Shown: piece by piece, positions 26,989 through 37,024 of the stretch | Layout: every line of letters begins with the position of its first letter | Position numbering within the stretch: the stretch's first letter is position 1 | Assembly: GCA_964646435.1 (NCBI GenBank) | Contig: CAZYEJ010000007.1 | Location: 1-57,630, forward strand | Reading direction: 5' to 3' | Length of the DNA: 57,630 nucleotides | Origin: an uncultured Thermodesulfobacteriaceae bacterium | GTDB lineage: Bacteria; Desulfobacterota; Dissulfuribacteria; Dissulfuribacterales; UBA3076 | Translations under genes and position numbers: made by a program | Notes under the pieces: model-generated | Told to the model about the DNA's origin: nothing | Seen by the model: only the letters and a program-made list of their open reading frames with translations | Databases searched by the model: none

Positions 26989-28413
26989 ATGAAGGATGTC
27001 CATGCTTTATTGAAAAACCAGCTCGGGCAGTATTTCGGTAGCCTGAAGTCCATTCCCAAAGAGTGGCAAGGTTTTATTGAAGCGGTCAACAATGCTTATT
27101 GGCAATCTGAAGTTGACCATACAGAGCGAAAGCAGGCAAAGCAGGAAATACAGAATCTCCAGCGCTACAACCGCGGATTAATTGAGACAAGCCTTGATCC
27201 TCTGGTAACTTTTGATCAGAAGGGGATTATTCTGGATGTTAACGGGGCCACAATTCGAGCTACTGGGAGAAGTCGGGAGGAATTAATCGGGACCCCATTT
27301 GCTGATTATTTCACAGATTCGGAGAAGGCTTATAAGGGGGCGATGTTGGTTTTTGAGACCGGTGAGGTTCGGGATTACGAGCTGGTCATGAGGGCCAAAG
27401 ATGGAACAGAGACCATTGTTGCCTACAATGCCTCGCTTTATAGAGATCAGACCGGACAGGTAATGGGTGCCTTTGCCGCTGCCCGTGATATCACTAGCCT
27501 GAAACGTTCTGAGGCGGAAGTACGACGGGAAAGAGATAGAGTGAAAGAAAGTATGCTGAAAAAAATCAGCTTGTTAAACGAGAGGGCAAAACTAATAGCG
27601 CAATTAGGAGAAGCAAATATCCAACTTAGAGAACTTGACAGGCTTAAATCAGCATTTTTGGCGAATATATCTCATGAACTTAGGACACCGATGAATTCTA
27701 TTATCGGATACTCAGATTTGTTATTAGACGGAGTTGACGGAGTAATCAACGAGGAACAGGAAAAGAGTCTAGGCAAAATCACCGATAATGCAAAACACCT
27801 TTTACAATTGATAAATAATCTTCTCGATCTTTCCAAGATAGAATCAGGGAAAATTGAGATAGAAGCAGTTCAGTTCAACCTCAAAGGACTTATTGATTCA
27901 GTAGTTTCCTTTTTTAAGGGGATGATAACCAAAAAAGGGCTAACTCTTGATTTTGATATTGAAAAGAATCTGCCTTTGGTCTGTGGCGATGAGGATAAGA
28001 TCAAGCATGTTTTAATAAATCTGTTAAACAATGCGATCAAGTTTACCCATGAGGGAGGTATAACCATTAGTGCCAAGATATCCGATCGCGGTATTCAGCC
28101 TGGCGAGTCGCCCATATTTGCAGGGGTCTGTGTAGAGGATACAGGCATCGGGATTAAGGATGAAGATCTTGATAAAATTTTTGACAAGTTCATTCAGGCT
28201 GACATATCTGCTTCGCGCCGATATGAAGGGACCGGCCTTGGGCTCAGTATTGCGAGAGGGCTGATCGCATTGCACAATGGTATGATCTGGGCCACGAGTG
28301 AGTATGGCAAGGGAAGTCAATTCTATTTCACTATTCCGCTAAAAAAAGAGACGCTGAAGAATCCGGATAAGCCGGTCATGGAATTAGGAATTGCGCATCC
28401 CCACATAGGATAA
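26989..28413 (+). CDS. PAS histidine kinase, paralogous to the 22651 kinase core and possibly 3'-truncated
   Basis: PAS (LIETSLDPLVT...), FLANISHELRTP, GTGLGL; stop lies 3 bp from the tRNA CCA end. Confidence 0.85.
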   Translation: MKDVHALLKNQLGQYFGSLKSIPKEWQGFIEAVNNAYWQSEVDHTERKQAKQEIQNLQRYNRGLIETSLDPLVTFDQKGIILDVNGATIRATGRSREELIGTPFADYFTDSEKAYKGAMLVFETGEVRDYELVMRAKDGTETIVAYNASLYRDQTGQVMGAFAAARDITSLKRSEAEVRRERDRVKESMLKKISLLNERAKLIAQLGEANIQLRELDRLKSAFLANISHELRTPMNSIIGYSDLLLDGVDGVINEEQEKSLGKITDNAKHLLQLINNLLDLSKIESGKIEIEAVQFNLKGLIDSVVSFFKGMITKKGLTLDFDIEKNLPLVCGDEDKIKHVLINLLNNAIKFTHEGGITISAKISDRGIQPGESPIFAGVCVEDTGIGIKDEDLDKIFDKFIQADISASRRYEGTGLGLSIARGLIALHNGMIWATSEYGKGSQFYFTIPLKKETLKNPDKPVMELGIAHPHIG

Positions 28414-28416
28414 ATA

Positions 28417-28502
28417 TGGTGCCGAAGGGGGGATTCGAACCCCCATGGGTTTTGCCCACCACCCCCTCAAGATGGCGTGTCTACCTATTCCACCACTTCG
28501 GC
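28417..28502 (-). tRNA. tRNA-Leu(GAG)
   Basis: GCCGAAGTGGTGGAATAGGTAGACACG CCATC-TTGAGGG-GGTGG, long variable arm, GGTTCGAATCC, CTTCGGCACCA; usual position after secG. Confidence 0.95.
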
Positions 28503-28522
28503 AAAAAACTATTTGTAAGCGC

Positions 28523-28900
28523 TCACAGTTCGGTCTTTTCATCCAGGCCTTGCACGGGTTTCTCAACCCCTGTTACTGGTGCAGGAGTAGCTTCAGGAAT
28601 TACAGCAGGTTCAACTGGTTCGGTAGTAACAGGACTGGTAGTTACCTCCACGTCCTGCATTATTGAGTCCTCCACCCTGTGAGCTGACAAATAGGTGAGA
28701 ATAAGGGCCAAAACCATAAAAAGCACTGCTAGTCCTGAAGTGAGTTTGTGCAGAAAAGAGGCTGGTCCCGCGCTGCCGAAAATGGTATCACTTGACCCGA
28801 ATACAGCTCCGATCTCAGCTCCTTTGCCTTGCTGGAGCAAGACAGTAAGAACTAAGAGGACACATACAATAACGTAAACTACTATTAAGATAGAGTACAA
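28523..28900 (-). CDS. secG: Preprotein translocase subunit SecG
   Basis: VLLQQGKGAEIGAVFG; tpiA-secG-tRNA-Leu synteny. Confidence 0.95.
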   Translation of the reverse strand: MYSILIVVYVIVCVLLVLTVLLQQGKGAEIGAVFGSSDTIFGSAGPASFLHKLTSGLAVLFMVLALILTYLSAHRVEDSIMQDVEVTTSPVTTEPVEPAVIPEATPAPVTGVEKPVQGLDEKTEL

Positions 28901-28935
28901 AACATATCCTTTAAGTTGCTTCCTTAATTAACTAT

Positions 28936-29077
28936 TGCCTGAACGAAAACCCCAAATTTTATTTTCTCAATTTAGGTCAAAAACCATCAACATATTGGGG
29001 GTTATTCACTTTTTTAAATTCAAAATTTAGAATTTAGAATTCAAAACTGTGTCTGGACGGTCTTTTCGTTCAGACAC
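28936..29077. repeat. Family E inverted-repeat element (GTGYCTGAACG ends)
   Basis: TGCCTGAACGAAAAC ... CTTTTCGTTCAGACAC; internal 29-bp hairpin 29049-29077 resembles 42490-42518. Confidence 0.55.
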
Positions 29078-29850
29078 TAACGAATATGACAACTCACAAT
29101 TTGACCAAAACTCCCAGGCTTGAGAGATGCACCGCCAACAAGAGCTCCGTCTACATCGGGGAGCGCCATTAATTCATTAACATTTTCAGGTTTAACCGAG
29201 CCACCATACAATATTCGAATTTGCCCTGCAATACCGGAATCGAAACGATCGGTAAGCCATGACCGGATATTGATGTGGGCATCCTGTGCCTGATTCGGTG
29301 TAGCTGTCTTACCCGTGCCGATTGCCCATACAGGTTCATAGGCAACTACTACTTTGTCTGCTTCTCGGTTACCTACCTCTGAGAAGCCAGATGATAACTG
29401 TTTTTCAAGTATCTCATGCGTAAGCCCGGCTTCTCTTTCCTCCAATTTTTCTCCGATACATAGGATTGGAAGTAAATCATTTTCCAGGGCAGACTTGAGC
29501 TTTAAGGAAATAAGGCTATTTTTTTCTCCAAAAATGTGTCTGCGCTCTGAATGCCCAAGGATTACCCACTTGACTCCGAATTCCTTGAGCATGATAGATG
29601 ATATTTCACCAGTGAAGCCGCCCTTTTGCTCAAAGTACATGTTCTGAGCTGCAAGGGACACAAGTTTACTTTCCTTAATGATTTCACCGGCTGCTGAAAG
29701 GGCAGTAAACGGAGGCGCAATTACTATCTCTCTTTCCGTCAAGTAATTCACCAGGGGCAAAAAAACTTTAAGGAAATCACGGGTCTCGGCCACGGTTTTA
29801 TACATCTTCCAGTTAGCTGCTAAAACAGGTCTTCTCTTTGAAGAATTCAT
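29077..29850 (-). CDS. tpiA: Triosephosphate isomerase
   Basis: ANWKM, LGHSERR, AYEPVWAIGTG, YGGSV, LVGGAS. Confidence 0.98.
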   Translation of the reverse strand: MNSSKRRPVLAANWKMYKTVAETRDFLKVFLPLVNYLTEREIVIAPPFTALSAAGEIIKESKLVSLAAQNMYFEQKGGFTGEISSIMLKEFGVKWVILGHSERRHIFGEKNSLISLKLKSALENDLLPILCIGEKLEEREAGLTHEILEKQLSSGFSEVGNREADKVVVAYEPVWAIGTGKTATPNQAQDAHINIRSWLTDRFDSGIAGQIRILYGGSVKPENVNELMALPDVDGALVGGASLKPGSFGQIVSCHIR

Positions 29851-31040
29851 TTTTTGCTACACTCCTCAAGTGCCGTTATGCCCGGCAGTTTTTTTCCTTC
29901 TAAAAGCTTGAGAAACGCCCCACCACCTGTGGACATGTAAGATATGTTTTCTACTTCACCGGCCCTGTGGATGGCCAGATCAGTATCTCCTCCGCCTACA
30001 ATGCTGAGGGCCTGACTGCTGCCGACTGCGTGCGCCAGGGCCATTGTACCCCGGCTGAAGGGATCGAACTCAAAGGCCCCCATCGGGCCATTCCACACTA
30101 TGGTTTTGGCATTGTAAAGGGCTTCACTGAAAAGGTCTGACGTTGCAGGCCCTATGTCCAATGCCATCCAATCATCAGGAATTTCCTGGGTTGGGACGAT
30201 CCTGGTTTCGGCGTTTGTGCCAAGATCCTGTGCTATGACGCAGTCAACAGGAAGGTAGAATTTAATGCCTTTATCTTTTGCCTGATCAATTAATGCCCTA
30301 GCCGTGTCTACCAGCTCTTTTTCAGTAAGGGATTTTCCTATATCAATGCCCTGCGCTGTCAGAAACGTATTGGCTATTGCCCCGCCGACTATCAGCTTAT
30401 CCACCCGGTTCAGTATGTTTTTAACGGCCTCCAGCTTGCCGGATATCTTGGCCCCACCCAGGATGGCCACCAGGGACCTGGCAGGTTTTTCCATGGCCTT
30501 TTTGAAGTATAAAAGTTCCTGCTTTATAAGTAAACCGGCTGCGCACTCTTTAACCAGGCCGGGTACTCCGGTCACTGAGGCATGTGTCCGGTGTGATACC
30601 GCAAAGGCATCATTTATATATATATCGGCTATTTTTGCCAGGGCTCCTGCAAAACCAGGGTCGTTTTTTGTTTCTCCTTGATGATATCTGAGGTTTTCAA
30701 GTAGTAGCACTTCTCCATCTGACATGGAGTTGACCTGGTTCTCCACTTCATCTCCAATGCAGTCCGGGGCCAGAGATACCTCCCTGCCTATCAGCTCTCC
30801 AAGACGCTTTGCTACCGGTCTCAGGCTGAATTTTTCTACTCTCTGTCCCTTCGGGCGGCCAAGATGCGAACAGAGTATCAGTCGTGCTCCATCCTCCATG
30901 GCGTGTCGTATGCTTGGCAAGGCCGCCCTGATGCGGTTGTCGTCTGTGATATTGCCGGAATCGTCCAGGGGGATATTGAAGTCCGTCCTCATCAGGACTC
31001 TTTGGCCTTTCAGTGAAATTTCATCTATGTATTTGATCAT
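29847..31040 (-). CDS. pgk: Phosphoglycerate kinase
   Basis: DFNIP, SHLGRP, LLENLRY, WNGPMG, STGGGA. Confidence 0.98.
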   Translation of the reverse strand: MIKYIDEISLKGQRVLMRTDFNIPLDDSGNITDDNRIRAALPSIRHAMEDGARLILCSHLGRPKGQRVEKFSLRPVAKRLGELIGREVSLAPDCIGDEVENQVNSMSDGEVLLLENLRYHQGETKNDPGFAGALAKIADIYINDAFAVSHRTHASVTGVPGLVKECAAGLLIKQELLYFKKAMEKPARSLVAILGGAKISGKLEAVKNILNRVDKLIVGGAIANTFLTAQGIDIGKSLTEKELVDTARALIDQAKDKGIKFYLPVDCVIAQDLGTNAETRIVPTQEIPDDWMALDIGPATSDLFSEALYNAKTIVWNGPMGAFEFDPFSRGTMALAHAVGSSQALSIVGGGDTDLAIHRAGEVENISYMSTGGGAFLKLLEGKKLPGITALEECSKK

Positions 31041-31092
31041 GACCGTATCTCTCTTTGCAAAACCCTAACTCCGACCTTAGCTCTTGTAATTT

Positions 31093-34000
31093 TTAGACAA
31101 GAGACATCTCTTCCTCTATTTGCGTGGCATGCTTACCCATATATATCGAGCCATTTCTGCCGTCAATACTCAGGAATTCACCGGAACGAATAATGCTGTC
31201 GTTTAATCGTGCAAAACCCAGATTTTCAAAGACCTGCAGTTGCTTGCAGCCCACAATGCAGTTTTTGTCCAGACGAAATGCAATAATGGCTGCATGGGAT
31301 GTCTGCCCTCCCTTTGCTGTGAGCAGGCCATCTGTTAAAGTAATTTCCTTGATATCGTCCGGGACCGTGTCTGACCGGATCAGGATCAATGGGGTTTTGG
31401 GTTCCTTCTCGCGAAAGGTTTTAATCTCAGAAAGGGTAAACACGGCCTTTCCTGTTACGGCCCCTCCACTTACCCCAATGCCTCTGCCCCGGTAGCTGGC
31501 CTCTAATTCTGCTGAATGTACAAAAACCTGAACGATGTGTCGCCTTTTGGTGGTCATGTTTCGGCTCTGGAGTATGAAAAGCTGGTTGCTCTCCGGGCCT
31601 TCAAAGGTAAATTCTATTTCTTGTGGGTCCCATCTTTTTTCGTAGATGAGCTTTTTGGTAATGGATAGCAAGTTATTATAAATCTCAGGAAAGTTTTTTT
31701 CCAGAGTCATTTCGGAATCAAGCCCCAGGGCTTTTTCCTGTTTTATTGAAATCGGATATGTAGTGACCAGACCGCTTACGATGTCATCCCCCTGGTTGCC
31801 GGTGGTGAAGTCGCCACACAGGCTGATATTGTCTATATGGTCAGTATGGATTGGCGTAAAGGCCACGCCGGTACCCGATGTCTCGGCAAGGTTTCCATAA
31901 GCCATGGCCTGCAGTATCACAGCCGTGCCCCAGTAATCGGACATTTCCATTATTTCCCTGTAGTTCTTTGCTCTTTCAGACTCCCAGGATGTAAGAATCA
32001 GTTGTATGGCCACAAGGAGTTGCTCAAAAGGTTCCACCTCTAGCTCCAGACCGTGGTCCAGCGTGGCTTGACGGTAAGCCAAGGCCAATTCTTTCATCTG
32101 GTCTCCAGTAAACTCCCTTTTCTGCTTTACTCCATACCGGCGTTTGTGATTACTAATGAGCTCGGTGAACATCTCACGGTCCAGATCAAAGGCCATGGCC
32201 CATGATTGGACAAACCTGCGGTAGTTGTCCCAGGCAAACCAGTCATTACCGGTTTTTTTAGCCAGGCCTTCTATGATTTCAAAATTACTGCCCACATTAA
32301 TAATTGTTGACATCATCCCCGGCATGGAAATGGCCGCTCCGCTCCTTACAGATAGGAGCAAGGGATTTGACGGGTTGCCAAACCTGAGCCCGGTTTGATG
32401 CTCTATCTCACCAATGGCTTTCTGAAGCTGTAATCTGAATTCTCTATACACACTGGGCAGTTTCCGGATAATCGGGTAGCACCTGAAGACCTCGGTTGTG
32501 ACTATTACTCCTGGTGGAACAGGCATACCATTCTGTGCCAGGAGCACCAGGTTAAAGCCCTTGTTCCCCAGGTGTATGAGGTTTTCTGTCTGTTCTTTCG
32601 GACTGTGTATGGTACACAATATTTGATTCGGATCATAGCTCAATAGTAAGTCAAGGTCTTTGTGATCCAGTCTCTCTTTTTGCTCTCCAAGCACCTGGTA
32701 TACCCTGGCTATAAAGTTGTCCAGGTACTGTAGACCAAAGGTGCCGGAGATAAGGTCTCTCAGGAACCATTCTGTTATCTGATGAATGAGTTGGGTCTCG
32801 TTTTCAGCCTCTTTTATAGCGGTCTTGTATTTTGTTAGAAGGTTGTGTCTGCCCAACTGGCGAATAATAAGAGAGATATTGTCCTGATGGGGACTTATGT
32901 AATAGACATGGATAATGTCTTTAACCCCCTCAGACAGCCCTCTCACTACATCCAGGTACTGGGAAAAGGCAAATCGCCGGACCTCAAGAGATTTTTCCAG
33001 CAATCCGAGATAAGTGGCGAACTTCCTGGAATACACTCCACCTAACTGTACTGCTCTCCAAAAGAGGCGGAGGTACCTCAGGATGCGCACAAAAATAGAT
33101 CTTGAGATAAAGGTTGAATCTATCTCAGCTATCAATTGTTCGAAATAAATATTGGCCAGGTTCTCCAGGCGGAAACTGAGGCTGAGGGCGTCAAACTTGC
33201 GCTCATGGTAACGGCCGTACATTGAAGGAATATCCACTGTTATATGCCGCTTGTGGTATATGTCCTCCCTGATTTCAAACTGCTCCTTGCTCAGTATAAT
33301 GCTCTTAAGGACATCAAGCTGGTCCAGGATTACCTCAAGACACCGCTCCGGATCGTCGTCCACATCCAGGACTTCAAGTACCCTGTCCAGTCCCTCAAAA
33401 CCCAGATTTTTGGCTTCCTCCAGATGATGACGGATTTCCTGGGTACCGAGCTTATATTTTTGGGCCTCAAGCCTGTACATCCGGATAAGAAGTTCAATAC
33501 GTCTTCTCTCTTGATGGGGAATATCCTGTACTTGACACAGTATTTGTGAGAGCCTGTCCTCTTCCAAATTTAGCAGGCTATCTACACTATGGGTAAATCG
33601 TTTAAGATCCAGCACATCTGCCAGGTGTTGTATGAGTCTGTGGACATGATCCACGTGAGGGCCATGGTCAGGAACCTGCTCCAGGATTTCAGGGGGCAGG
33701 AAGGGGGCCAGCCCTTGCTTTTGCCTGCTGAACCAGAAGCACAGAATGGCCTCAATAAAATCGACAATGCGGTTGTTGCTCTCAACATGGCTCTGTTTTC
33801 TCAGGAAATGAATAAGGATATCCTTGCGAAGAGATATCTCATCAAGCTCTGTTGACACATCCCTCAGGAGATCCTCTGCTCCTATTTCATTGAAGTAAAC
33901 CGGCAGGATCTTGGCCAACTGTTTGACGAGATTGTAATTCGGCTCTATGTCACAGTTCAATAATCTGCTGACGTCTTTCTGAAACAGGTCTGTATCCCGG

Positions 34001-35370
34001 ATACATGTGCCTGCCAGTTTAAGATTTATTATAAGGGCTGACAACAGGATACCGCAGACACTGGTTTTTTGTTCTACAAATTTTAGCCAGACACGAATAT
34101 TCTGCAGATGAGCAGGATCGCTCAAGATATGCCATTCGGCATCTACGCCCTTAATCCCCGGGGGTTTGAAGCCAAACTGGACTACCTGATTGAAGAAAAG
34201 CTTTATAAGCCTTGTGTCGTCCTTGCGGATGATCTCTGAACCCAGGGCCTCGATGCACTGAAGTGCAGTCCTTGGGAAATTGCCTACTTGCTGCTTTAGC
34301 AGCGCAAAGCTTCTGGAAAGGATTTCTTGAAGCTGCTCCAGGTCTGCAGTGCGTATAAGATACAAAAGGCTGCGGTTGATCTGTCGAAGGATTTCCTCGT
34401 GGATCGTGGACAGACCCTCTATTTCAATAAGATGGAATGGCAGCAGAAGGTATAATCCGGCATCTTGATTGCGGGAAGCCTGCTCTTTTGATGATACGGG
34501 CTGGATTTGACACGACAGACGGCCTAGGTCCTGGACAATCTTTCTGTACTGATTCACTATATCCAGATAGCCTGGGCGCCTGGCCAGTTCCAGGACGTCT
34601 TTTTCCTTGAGAGGCGCTTTCCTTTCGATTTCCAGGTTTTCCAGAGAGAATTTGAGCTGTTTATGGGAGACCGGCTCGATAAGTCCCAGCGTCTTTTTCA
34701 GGTCTTCAGAGGCCAGTTCCATAGGGAATTGTTCAATGGCGCTATTTAGCCAGTTAACAGGGTCTTCCTGCTCAAGCCAGTACTGAGAGGTGGCTTTCCG
34801 AACTTCAACAAGAAGTCTTCCCGCTTCATCCCACAATCCCGGAGAGATTTTTTGCCCCTCCAGGCGATTGGAAAGATTCTGTATCAGGCGTGATACAGGG
34901 TGATAGCTCCTGGCAACAGCCTTAATCACAGGCGCATTGGATTCTTTAAGCCTGTGAAAGGCATGTTCAATATCAGGCAGTATTGTCAGAAGCTTTTCAT
35001 TGTCTACTTTTTGAACGATTTTTTCCAGAAAGGCCAGGAGTCCGTTTACGGCTTCGGTCTTCTGGTTATTCTCAGGGGTCTGGAAAATGACATCAGAGAA
35101 AGTGTCCAAAAGTACTCTGATGGCTTCAGGTCCCTGAGACGAGCGGCTGTAAGTAGCAAGATTCTTTAGGGCAAATGACCTTAGATCTCCAATTACGATT
35201 TCCCAGTTGCGAAATGGATGGTGCAGCTCGAAGAGGAGGCTATCAACAGCCTTAATTATGCCCTGATAATCCTTGACTGCGTCCCGGAGGACCTGGTAGC
35301 GGGAGTCATACTTTACTTCCCGGACGGCTGTGGCCTCGAGATTTACACGGAGGGCTTCTGATGCTATCAT
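31093..35370 (-). CDS. PPDK-like dikinase: about 930-aa unknown N-domain, ATP-grasp and phospho-His swivel, no PEP/pyruvate barrel
   Basis: LGNKG, PLLLSVRSGAAISMPGMM, QAMAYGN, SGTGV, QGDDIVSG, EIEFT, LQSR, GGQTSHAA, SIDG then stop; start uncertain (track start overlaps gap). Confidence 0.85.
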   Translation of the reverse strand: MIASEALRVNLEATAVREVKYDSRYQVLRDAVKDYQGIIKAVDSLLFELHHPFRNWEIVIGDLRSFALKNLATYSRSSQGPEAIRVLLDTFSDVIFQTPENNQKTEAVNGLLAFLEKIVQKVDNEKLLTILPDIEHAFHRLKESNAPVIKAVARSYHPVSRLIQNLSNRLEGQKISPGLWDEAGRLLVEVRKATSQYWLEQEDPVNWLNSAIEQFPMELASEDLKKTLGLIEPVSHKQLKFSLENLEIERKAPLKEKDVLELARRPGYLDIVNQYRKIVQDLGRLSCQIQPVSSKEQASRNQDAGLYLLLPFHLIEIEGLSTIHEEILRQINRSLLYLIRTADLEQLQEILSRSFALLKQQVGNFPRTALQCIEALGSEIIRKDDTRLIKLFFNQVVQFGFKPPGIKGVDAEWHILSDPAHLQNIRVWLKFVEQKTSVCGILLSALIINLKLAGTCIRDTDLFQKDVSRLLNCDIEPNYNLVKQLAKILPVYFNEIGAEDLLRDVSTELDEISLRKDILIHFLRKQSHVESNNRIVDFIEAILCFWFSRQKQGLAPFLPPEILEQVPDHGPHVDHVHRLIQHLADVLDLKRFTHSVDSLLNLEEDRLSQILCQVQDIPHQERRRIELLIRMYRLEAQKYKLGTQEIRHHLEEAKNLGFEGLDRVLEVLDVDDDPERCLEVILDQLDVLKSIILSKEQFEIREDIYHKRHITVDIPSMYGRYHERKFDALSLSFRLENLANIYFEQLIAEIDSTFISRSIFVRILRYLRLFWRAVQLGGVYSRKFATYLGLLEKSLEVRRFAFSQYLDVVRGLSEGVKDIIHVYYISPHQDNISLIIRQLGRHNLLTKYKTAIKEAENETQLIHQITEWFLRDLISGTFGLQYLDNFIARVYQVLGEQKERLDHKDLDLLLSYDPNQILCTIHSPKEQTENLIHLGNKGFNLVLLAQNGMPVPPGVIVTTEVFRCYPIIRKLPSVYREFRLQLQKAIGEIEHQTGLRFGNPSNPLLLSVRSGAAISMPGMMSTIINVGSNFEIIEGLAKKTGNDWFAWDNYRRFVQSWAMAFDLDREMFTELISNHKRRYGVKQKREFTGDQMKELALAYRQATLDHGLELEVEPFEQLLVAIQLILTSWESERAKNYREIMEMSDYWGTAVILQAMAYGNLAETSGTGVAFTPIHTDHIDNISLCGDFTTGNQGDDIVSGLVTTYPISIKQEKALGLDSEMTLEKNFPEIYNNLLSITKKLIYEKRWDPQEIEFTFEGPESNQLFILQSRNMTTKRRHIVQVFVHSAELEASYRGRGIGVSGGAVTGKAVFTLSEIKTFREKEPKTPLILIRSDTVPDDIKEITLTDGLLTAKGGQTSHAAIIAFRLDKNCIVGCKQLQVFENLGFARLNDSIIRSGEFLSIDGRNGSIYMGKHATQIEEEMSLV

Positions 35371-35390
35371 GTCTGTAGTTATTGATTCCT

Positions 35391-36398
35391 CTAAAGGGCC
35401 TTGTGAGCATTCATGTGAAGGATCAGATCCAATATCCTGTTGGAGTACCCCCATTCATTGTCATACCATGACATGACCTTGATCAACTTGTCCCCAATAA
35501 CTTTGGTGCATCCGCCGTCCACAATAGAGGATCTTGGGTCTCCCATGAAATCAGTGGAGACCAGGGGTTTGTCTGTGTATCCAAGGAAGCGGTTGGTAGC
35601 CGCCTTAATGGTCTCGTTTATTTCGGCTACTGTGGCACGTTTTTCCACCAGGACCACAAGATCCACTATGGAGACGTCAGGGATGGGCACGCGGACTGCC
35701 AGGCCGTCAAATTTGCCGACAAGCTCAGGAATGACTTTGCTTACTGCTGCTGCGGCACCGGTCTTGGTGGGGATCATATTAACAGCGGCGGCCCTGGCCC
35801 GCCTGAGGTCGCTGTGGGGAAAATCAAGCAATCTCTGATCGTTAGTATAGGCGTGTACAGTGGTAATCAGCCCGGAAACTATACCAAATCTGTCCAGTAT
35901 TACTTTGGCCATTGGGGCGAGACAGTTGGTGGTGCAGGAGGCATTAGATACGATGTGGTGATTGGCTGGATCGTAGTCGTCTTCATTGACCCCCATCACA
36001 ATCGTGACGTCTTCATGCTTTGCGGGGGCTGTGATTACGACTTTTTGCGCTCCGGCCTCCAGATGCCCGCGTGCAAGATCCGCATCACTGAACCGTCCGG
36101 TAGCTTCGATTACATATTCCACACCCATTTCCTGCCATGGCAACTGGGACGGTTCCTTGATGGCTGTTATCCGTATATCTTTGCCGTCCACAATTATTCC
36201 CTGATCTGTGTCCTTCACATCGAGAGGGAATGTTCTCATTACAGAATCATACTTTAACATGTGAGCCAGCGTATAGGTGTTTGTCAGGTCATTTATGGCC
36301 TCAATTTCAATGGCTTCAAATTCTTTATATTGTTTAGAAGCCCTGAAAATGCTCCTTCCGATGCGTCCGAAACCGTTGATGCCGACCTTAATAGTCAT
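35391..36398 (-). CDS. gap: Type I glyceraldehyde-3-phosphate dehydrogenase
   Basis: GINGFGRIGR, SNASCTTNCL, WYDNEWGY. Confidence 0.98.
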   Translation of the reverse strand: MTIKVGINGFGRIGRSIFRASKQYKEFEAIEIEAINDLTNTYTLAHMLKYDSVMRTFPLDVKDTDQGIIVDGKDIRITAIKEPSQLPWQEMGVEYVIEATGRFSDADLARGHLEAGAQKVVITAPAKHEDVTIVMGVNEDDYDPANHHIVSNASCTTNCLAPMAKVILDRFGIVSGLITTVHAYTNDQRLLDFPHSDLRRARAAAVNMIPTKTGAAAAVSKVIPELVGKFDGLAVRVPIPDVSIVDLVVLVEKRATVAEINETIKAATNRFLGYTDKPLVSTDFMGDPRSSIVDGGCTKVIGDKLIKVMSWYDNEWGYSNRILDLILHMNAHKAL

Positions 36399-36485
36399 GT
36401 CTAAACCTCCTAGCAGCTAATATTCAGGATTAATTATATTGATTGGGCCTTGATCATTGTTCAGGCCAATACGATGTTAAGCCGC

Positions 36486-36572
36486 AGAATATCGAACAAG
36501 GAATTTCGAATCATGAAGGATTTTTAAAGCCATTTCCTTCGACAGTTATAATTCCTTGTTCGATATTCGATA
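36486..36572. repeat. Hairpin repeat element (family F)
   Basis: GAATATCGAACAAGGAATT ... AATTCCTTGTTCGATATTC perfect arms. Confidence 0.7.
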
Positions 36573-36618
36573 TTTAAATGTCATTTCGAATGGCCCAAAT
36601 GAAGATCAAGACCATTGA

Positions 36619-37020
36619 TTACTTTTTCAGGATTGCAGTAGCCTGATTAATGCTTTTTCTACTATAATCTACTACTTCATCTGCCAATTCATGCAGGGTC
36701 TGATTTTTATTCCTGCATTGGCACAATTTGATCAACATAGGAAGATTTACTCCTGTTATGACCTCGACTTTGTTGTCCTCCAGGAAGGCAAGGGTCATGT
36801 TGGCCGGAGTTCCACCGAACATGTCTGTAAGTATCAGTACACCGTCACCAGTATCTACTTCCTTAATAGCCTTGCGGATGTCGGACTGTAATTTATCTAT
36901 AGGCCTTGACGGATCTATAGAAAGGGCAATCATCTGTTCGGCCTTGCCCACAATGAAAACCGTCGTTAATAACAGCTCATCAGCAAGACGGCCGTGGGAT
37001 GTCAAAACCACACCTACCAT
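36619..37020 (-). CDS. PTS EIIA component, mannose/fructose family
   Basis: MVGVVLTSHG, ILTDMFGGTPAN, GVNLPML; GGAGG RBS. Confidence 0.92.
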   Translation of the reverse strand: MVGVVLTSHGRLADELLLTTVFIVGKAEQMIALSIDPSRPIDKLQSDIRKAIKEVDTGDGVLILTDMFGGTPANMTLAFLEDNKVEVITGVNLPMLIKLCQCRNKNQTLHELADEVVDYSRKSINQATAILKK

Positions 37021-37024
37021 ATAT

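Noticed and set aside
35371-35454. Track N-terminal extension of the PPDK-like ORF overlapping gap (likewise the extensions at 6376, 22606, 37074, 38050, 51913)
   Set aside because: Longest-ORF artefacts; downstream starts fit RBS positions and family N-termini better
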